From: Candidatus Thorarchaeota archaeon SMTZ1-45
GTDB taxonomy: Archaea; Asgardarchaeota; Thorarchaeia; Thorarchaeales; Thorarchaeaceae
Length of the DNA: 64,000 nucleotides
Assembly: GCA_001563335.1 (NCBI GenBank)
Contig: LRSL01000086.1
Span: forward strand, 15,087 to 79,086
Direction of reading: 5' to 3'
The notes under the pieces are model-generated. The model made no database searches, had not been told where the DNA came from, and was given only the letters and a program-made list of their open reading frames with translations. Positions 59,704-64,000 of this stretch are shown here, piece by piece. The translations under genes were made by a program, and so were the position numbers. How positions within the stretch are numbered: the first letter of the stretch is position 1; each line of letters opens with the position of its first letter.

Positions 59704-60537
59704 TTACGAGTTGTCAGAATCAACATCCCTATCGAAGGGATGCGAGCGAGCTAAAATACGTTCAAAATGTCTACGACTATCTTCTACTACTGAACTTGAG
59801 GTTTCAAGTGTAAAAAGCCCGAACTCTCCTGCAGGTGTGAATAGGCTAGTTATTGCTATATTATCATCAAGAAGTGCTCCATCTCGTATGAGTTCTGGCT
59901 CAAGCTCATCTATGGTCACGTAACGTACTGAGATTCCAGCCTCGCTCTGCTCTCTGATTGTATTGGTAAGTGGGAATTCATCTCTCAGAAAATCCTTGTC
60001 TTTTAAAATGAAGATTCGGATAATCTTTAGTCCCTTCCTAGCTGTTCTAAGATTAGTTTCCTGCCAGAGATGATGATCACCAGTTGACCATTTGTACGGA
60101 TCCATGACAATATCTGTAGCGAGAACAGTCTTCTGAACAGTGTCAAATATCTGTCCTGCTCTCACATAGGCCTCTTCGCGTGGAATACTGATTCGACCTC
60201 TCCTGAGATCCTTAATCATCTCTCCGAACTTAAGTAGTCCTCGTTGTGCTTCTTGAATGTGAAGTGGACTTCCGTTTCTCATAATAAGGTCATATTCAGC
60301 GACCACCTCTCTTAGAGGCTTATGCGTGGCACTGACCTCAGAGATTGATAGTGTGTCAGCGATGACTTTTGTTGAGTGTGAAAGCTGAATTTGTGTTTCT
60401 ATTGTCAGCGCAACTAGCTCAATTACCAATGCTACCAAAACGGAGGAGAGAACATCTGTGGTGGCTAACCAAACGACGAAGCTCGCAATAATGGCTATCA
60501 TGAGTCCCAATAGTTTCTCTGGAATTCGGATGCTCAT
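59704..60537 (-). CDS. Hypothetical protein with 2 N-terminal TMs and a soluble alpha/beta domain
   Basis: Two TMs, then ARKGLKIIRIFI...AGISVRYV...DGALLDD. Confidence 0.75.
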   Translation of the reverse strand: MSIRIPEKLLGLMIAIIASFVVWLATTDVLSSVLVALVIELVALTIETQIQLSHSTKVIADTLSISEVSATHKPLREVVAEYDLIMRNGSPLHIQEAQRGLLKFGEMIKDLRRGRISIPREEAYVRAGQIFDTVQKTVLATDIVMDPYKWSTGDHHLWQETNLRTARKGLKIIRIFILKDKDFLRDEFPLTNTIREQSEAGISVRYVTIDELEPELIRDGALLDDNIAITSLFTPAGEFGLFTLETSSSVVEDSRRHFERILARSHPFDRDVDSDNS

Positions 60538-60643
60538 TGTAAATCAACTCACTCTTTGACCCCTGATGATAATTAGATATGGGTTGGATTTGTGTCTACT
60601 TGTGGATAAATTCGATTCTAAATAGCAAATGCACAAAAACACA

Positions 60644-60714
60644 AGAAAAAAGGTGCTCAATAGTGTCAGAAGAGGAGAGTTCCCTGTTCACCCGACCCCG
60701 TCGGTTTCTGCCCT
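60644..60714 (+). repeat. Interspersed repeat, well-conserved copy
   Basis: AAAAAGGTGCTCAATAGTGTCAGAAGAGGAGAGTTCCCTGTTCACCCGACCCCGTCGGTTTCTGCC. Confidence 0.85.
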
Positions 60715-60745
60715 TACCAGTTTAGAACTGATAAAGCTCGACTTT

Positions 60746-61315
60746 TTAGGACGCATTACAAATCTTGTTAGCTAGTTCACGAACCTCGGCAACTAGTCTA
60801 GTATTCTTTTCGGCATCCCCTATGTCATTTGCAGTTCCATGAACAATCCCCAAAGTTTCCCCTTTCATATAGCGTATAAGATGTTTGATAGAATTTATCG
60901 CATGTTGAACTCCGGATTCTTTAACATTAGTATCTCCGTAAACAAAGAGAACAGCAAATCGTTTTCCATCTAACTTGTGACCGCCTTTAACATGCAATGC
61001 TACTAATCTGTCAATGAATAATTTCAGTTGACCAGAATAATTGAACCAGTATATTGGTGATGCAAAAATGATGGTGTCAGCTTCGATAATTTTCGGGTAA
61101 ATCTCATTCATATCATCGTCATCTTGAACGCATCTTAGAGGAAAACCTTCGTAGCACCAGAAACAACCTCGGCAGTGTTTAATGTTGAGTTCATGAAGAT
61201 GAAGAATTCTTGATTCCATCCCTTTCTTTTCTAGTATATCATTCATCTGGTTAATTAAGTAACGAGTATTGCCCTTTCTTCTTGCGCTACCGTTCAGAAT
61301 CAGAATTTTACTCAT
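60746..61315 (-). CDS. Iron-sulfur flavoprotein / flavodoxin family
   Basis: GSARRKGNT, CRGCFWC...C, ASPIYW, LKLFIDR. Confidence 0.92.
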   Translation of the reverse strand: MSKILILNGSARRKGNTRYLINQMNDILEKKGMESRILHLHELNIKHCRGCFWCYEGFPLRCVQDDDDMNEIYPKIIEADTIIFASPIYWFNYSGQLKLFIDRLVALHVKGGHKLDGKRFAVLFVYGDTNVKESGVQHAINSIKHLIRYMKGETLGIVHGTANDIGDAEKNTRLVAEVRELANKICNAS

Positions 61316-61374
61316 GATAAGACCAGGTTGATTGGTAAGTAATAAGCATGTAGTTCAACGAAAACGATGTAGAA

Positions 61375-61446
61375 GAGAAAGAGTGGATCAACAGGTTAGG
61401 AAGGGGATAGTTCCCTGTTCATCCCCACTCAATTAGCCTCTACTTC
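61375..61446 (+). repeat. Interspersed repeat copy
   Basis: GAAAGAGTGGATCAACAGGTTAGGAAGGGGATAGTTCCCTGTTCATCC...AGCCTCTACTTC. Confidence 0.8.
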
Positions 61447-61576
61447 TTAGAACAATGAATTAGGCGATTTTCAACCAAGTTTTGGTATGGGTACTTGAAA
61501 CTGCATCAAGCATAAGGTTAGTACTGTCTTAAGACAGTACTAGATAATCAGGAATAGAGAAGGAAAAAGATGCAAT

Positions 61577-61643
61577 ATAGAGAAGGTGCTCAATAATGCA
61601 ATATGCGTAATCCTCCAAATACCCTACAACCAACCTCTACTTC
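61577..61643 (+). repeat. Repeat copy with conserved ends and divergent centre
   Basis: GAAGGTGCTCAATAATG ... CAACCTCTACTTC. Confidence 0.7.
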
Positions 61644-61797
61644 TCACTACATGGGCGCCATAGCTTTTTCTCAGTCCAAACATCAAAGCTCAAGTGACTC
61701 GGGACCCTGTTGCTCAATGCATATCCAAAATCTAATGTGGGACAGAGGCATCTGATTGTGGTAAATGAGTAGATACACGCTCCAGTGAGGAATTAAT

Positions 61798-62766
61798 TTG
61801 AACTGGGAATCCTTACTGCACAAGAATCTCTTGCAATGGCTGTTAGATGGAGAGCCTTGGGTTATCTATCGGACTTTGACATGGCTACTAGATAAGCCGG
61901 AGAATGATGATTCAGTATTAGAAGCAAAAAGGATGGTTCCCAAGCATCCAATGATAGAAGGCATCTTCGCAGGCTTGAATGCGAACGGATACTGGGGGAA
62001 ACCGGAGGATATACATACCTGGTGGCCCAAGAAATTCACCACATTCTGGCTGCTACCAGTCCTCGCAGATTTCGGTCTAACGATAGATGATAAGAGAATC
62101 GCGAAAGCTTGTGAATATGTGTTCACTACACAGCTTCAATCTGGTGCTTTTGGATGGTCTCCACCAACAAAACCCGGAGAGTGTCATACTGCAATACTTG
62201 TCGAAGCAATGGCAAAGCTTGGTCTTTTGCATGACTCAAGAGTACAGAGTGCCTACAGATGGCTCGTCAAGAAACAGCGCCTAGATGGCGGATTCTGGTG
62301 CAAGAACACTGGTCTGATAGGGAAACCAAGAGAGAAAGAGCCAAGCTGTGCTTTTGCAACTATGTTCGTGCTTGGAGCAATGGCTCAGAATCCTAGGTTA
62401 AAAGAGAGTATAGCTGCGAAGAGGGGGATCAGGTTCCTGTTTAAATGCTGGAGAAATCGTGGGAAAATGAAATATGCTGGCCATGACAGTGAGATTGGAC
62501 ATGGTTGGGAGAAGTTGAAATATCCGTTTACAGAATATCGTATTCTGAAGTTCCTTGAAGTTCTGTCGCAGTTTAAGCATTCAAAGCAAGAGCTTCTTAG
62601 ATCTGGACTGGTTGACCTACTACTCAAGAAACGTGACAACGATGGACGGTTCACACCCGAGTCAATCCATAGAGCTTGGTCTGATTGGGACTTTGGACAG
62701 AAACAGAAACCGTCGAGATGGATTACTCTTTGCGCTTTGCGGATTATGAAGAGTGCAATTGAGTAG
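61798..62766 (+). CDS. Prenyltransferase/squalene-cyclase-repeat (alpha/alpha barrel) protein
   Basis: QLQSGAF, WLVKKQRLDGGFWC, KLKYPF, KPSRWIT. Confidence 0.8.
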   Translation: MNWESLLHKNLLQWLLDGEPWVIYRTLTWLLDKPENDDSVLEAKRMVPKHPMIEGIFAGLNANGYWGKPEDIHTWWPKKFTTFWLLPVLADFGLTIDDKRIAKACEYVFTTQLQSGAFGWSPPTKPGECHTAILVEAMAKLGLLHDSRVQSAYRWLVKKQRLDGGFWCKNTGLIGKPREKEPSCAFATMFVLGAMAQNPRLKESIAAKRGIRFLFKCWRNRGKMKYAGHDSEIGHGWEKLKYPFTEYRILKFLEVLSQFKHSKQELLRSGLVDLLLKKRDNDGRFTPESIHRAWSDWDFGQKQKPSRWITLCALRIMKSAIE

Positions 62767-62857
62767 AAAGATCTTTAATTGAATTCAAGTGTACAGCAAG
62801 TCAACATACTGTATTCTTTCACTATGGATATCCTATGTCATGTTTATATATTGCAAA

Positions 62858-62928
62858 AGAGAAAGGGTGCTCAACAGTGTCAGAAACGGGAAAGTTTCCT
62901 GTTCACCGCCCACGTCACCCTTTACTTC
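62858..62928 (+). repeat. Interspersed repeat, well-conserved copy with 8-bp terminal inverted repeat
   Basis: AAAGGGTGCTCAACAGTGTCAGAAACGGGAAAGTTTCCTGTTCACCGCCCACGTCACCCTTT; AAAGGGTG/CACCCTTT. Confidence 0.85.
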
Positions 62929-62948
62929 TCTTTACAATCAATCAATTC

Positions 62949-63170
62949 ATTTTTCCCACGCTTCTTTCATTATAAGATTTCTTTTCAGAAACTCCTTCAT
63001 CAAGTCTTCTGGAACTTTGCTCATTCTGCATGAGAAATTGGTACAGATTTTGCATGTACCTCCTCTGAGCATCTTGTCAAAGGAAACAGCTAACATAAAG
63101 AAAATTCATGCACGCGCATTATTAGCTCATACAGCAGAGGCACTATTTGTTTCTGTAATATTCTCATAAA
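62949..63170 (-). pseudogene. Decayed gene remnant
   Basis: Protein-like C-terminus CKICTNFSCRMSKVPEDLMKEFLKRNLIMKEAWEK preceded by in-frame stops. Confidence 0.4.
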
Positions 63171-63431
63171 TATACTACAAGAAGTTCAATTATTCTGGTC
63201 CGCTCATAACAGCAATATTGATAGTAACCACGGTAATCTTGCTTGACTTTTCCTGACCGCTACAATAATCCTTCAAGACTATGCTGTGTTCAACAATCCT
63301 GTTGGAACTTGGATCCCATTCGCCCTGATCTTCATAGCTACTATGATAGTTAGAATTTATTTGAATAGGAGTGTATAGTATCTCTAGTTTGGAGTGAGTT
63401 TCTTCGATTACACAGAGATGAATTTTATAAA

Positions 63432-63480
63432 ATGAAGAAAGTGTTAAAAATGTCAGAAAAGCTAATTCCTATTTCGCCCA
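63432..63480 (+). repeat. Degenerate repeat copy
   Basis: ATGAAGAAAGTGTTAAAAATGTCAGAAAAG...TTCCTATTTCGCCC. Confidence 0.55.
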
Positions 63481-63525
63481 ATTCTATAAGGTCCTAATAT
63501 TAGTAGTCATCGTGAGGTGATTGGG

Positions 63526-64000
63526 ATGAAAAGCTTTCTTATTTTTCCTGCTCCAGATGTCATAAACCTTAGATATTCTACTCCAACATTAAGTCCTCCA
63601 CTTGGTCTTCTCTATATCGCCTCTTCGTTACGCGAAGCTGGAGTCGAAGTCAGACTTGTTGACCAGTTGGGAGAAAAGATACCTGATGAAAAGATACTGA
63701 GGAGAGTAGAAAGATACTCTCCAGATGTAGTTGGTTTGTCATTGATGTCATGGCAGGCAAAAAAAGCTGCAAAACTGGCGGCTATGATTAAAGAGAAACT
63801 TCCTGACACTCATATAGTATTTGGAGGCGTGCATGCATCAATCAACGCCGAACGAATGATGAAAAAATACATCCAAATCGATTCAACTATTGAGGGAGAG
63901 GGCGAGCTATCTATGGTCGAGCTTTTCAAAGCTCTAGAACACGGGAATTCTATTCAAACAGTATCTGGTATCTATTACCGTGAGAACGGGAAAGTGAAGA
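63526..64000 (+). CDS. Partial B12-binding-domain radical SAM protein
   Basis: Not in the ORF track. GAGGTGA SD; PPLGLLYIASSL, PDVVGLS, IVFGGVHAS, GEGE; runs off the window end. Confidence 0.88.
   Translation, partial: MKSFLIFPAPDVINLRYSTPTLSPPLGLLYIASSLREAGVEVRLVDQLGEKIPDEKILRRVERYSPDVVGLSLMSWQAKKAAKLAAMIKEKLPDTHIVFGGVHASINAERMMKKYIQIDSTIEGEGELSMVELFKALEHGNSIQTVSGIYYRENGKVK

Noticed and set aside
59608-62928. Repeats as canonical integron attC sites
   Set aside because: The minus strand has GTTGAGY (R'-like) in some copies, but others have ATTGAGC. There is no complementary RYYYAAC box, conservation extends past the core, and no intI is in the window.
50930-63480. Repeats as a CRISPR array or Xer/dif sites
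   Set aside because: Spacing is 0.2-2.5 kb with genes between copies, the copies are degenerate, no cas genes are present, and there is no 11-6-11 dif-like structure.
1-64000. tRNA, rRNA or transposase genes
   Set aside because: No cloverleaf, rRNA-like segment or transposase/recombinase motif was recognised by eye; a tRNAscan-SE or Rfam run would be needed to exclude them fully.

Overview
Chromosomal DNA from an archaeon, most likely an Asgard archaeon such as Thorarchaeia. This is an inference from an archaeal TFB, uL16/L10e, a single-OB SSB, GGTGA/GGAGG Shine-Dalgarno sites and a Rab-like GTPase. Most of the window is housekeeping or metabolic: nth, serS, tkt, an intein-containing class II ribonucleotide reductase, acs, GlcD/GlcF-like oxidoreductases, mgtA, kamA, larE, tsaA, several ferritin-like proteins and an ORP-type Fe-S gene set. 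I found no rRNA, tRNA, CRISPR array, integrase or transposase. The most unusual signals are not in the ORF track. (1) A co-oriented, imperfectly palindromic ~70-bp repeat recurs about 11 times between 50.9 and 63.5 kb, mostly with exactly one accessory gene between copies. It looks like a gene-cassette array but lacks canonical attC ends. (2) There are several micropeptide loci, including an acidic Trp-rich peptide paired with a Lys-rich peptide (25.4-25.6 kb) and two paralogous STDAL-x-x-x-Y-x-YR peptides, one ending in an HbYX-like LYR (12.4-12.6 kb). (3) A threonine-synthase homolog lacks the PLP lysine and is fused to a PadR-type HTH. (4) A shared TGAAT-N4-ATTCA operator links distant Fe-S and iron genes. 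(5) Two candidate structured RNA leaders. All assignments are by eye, without database searches.
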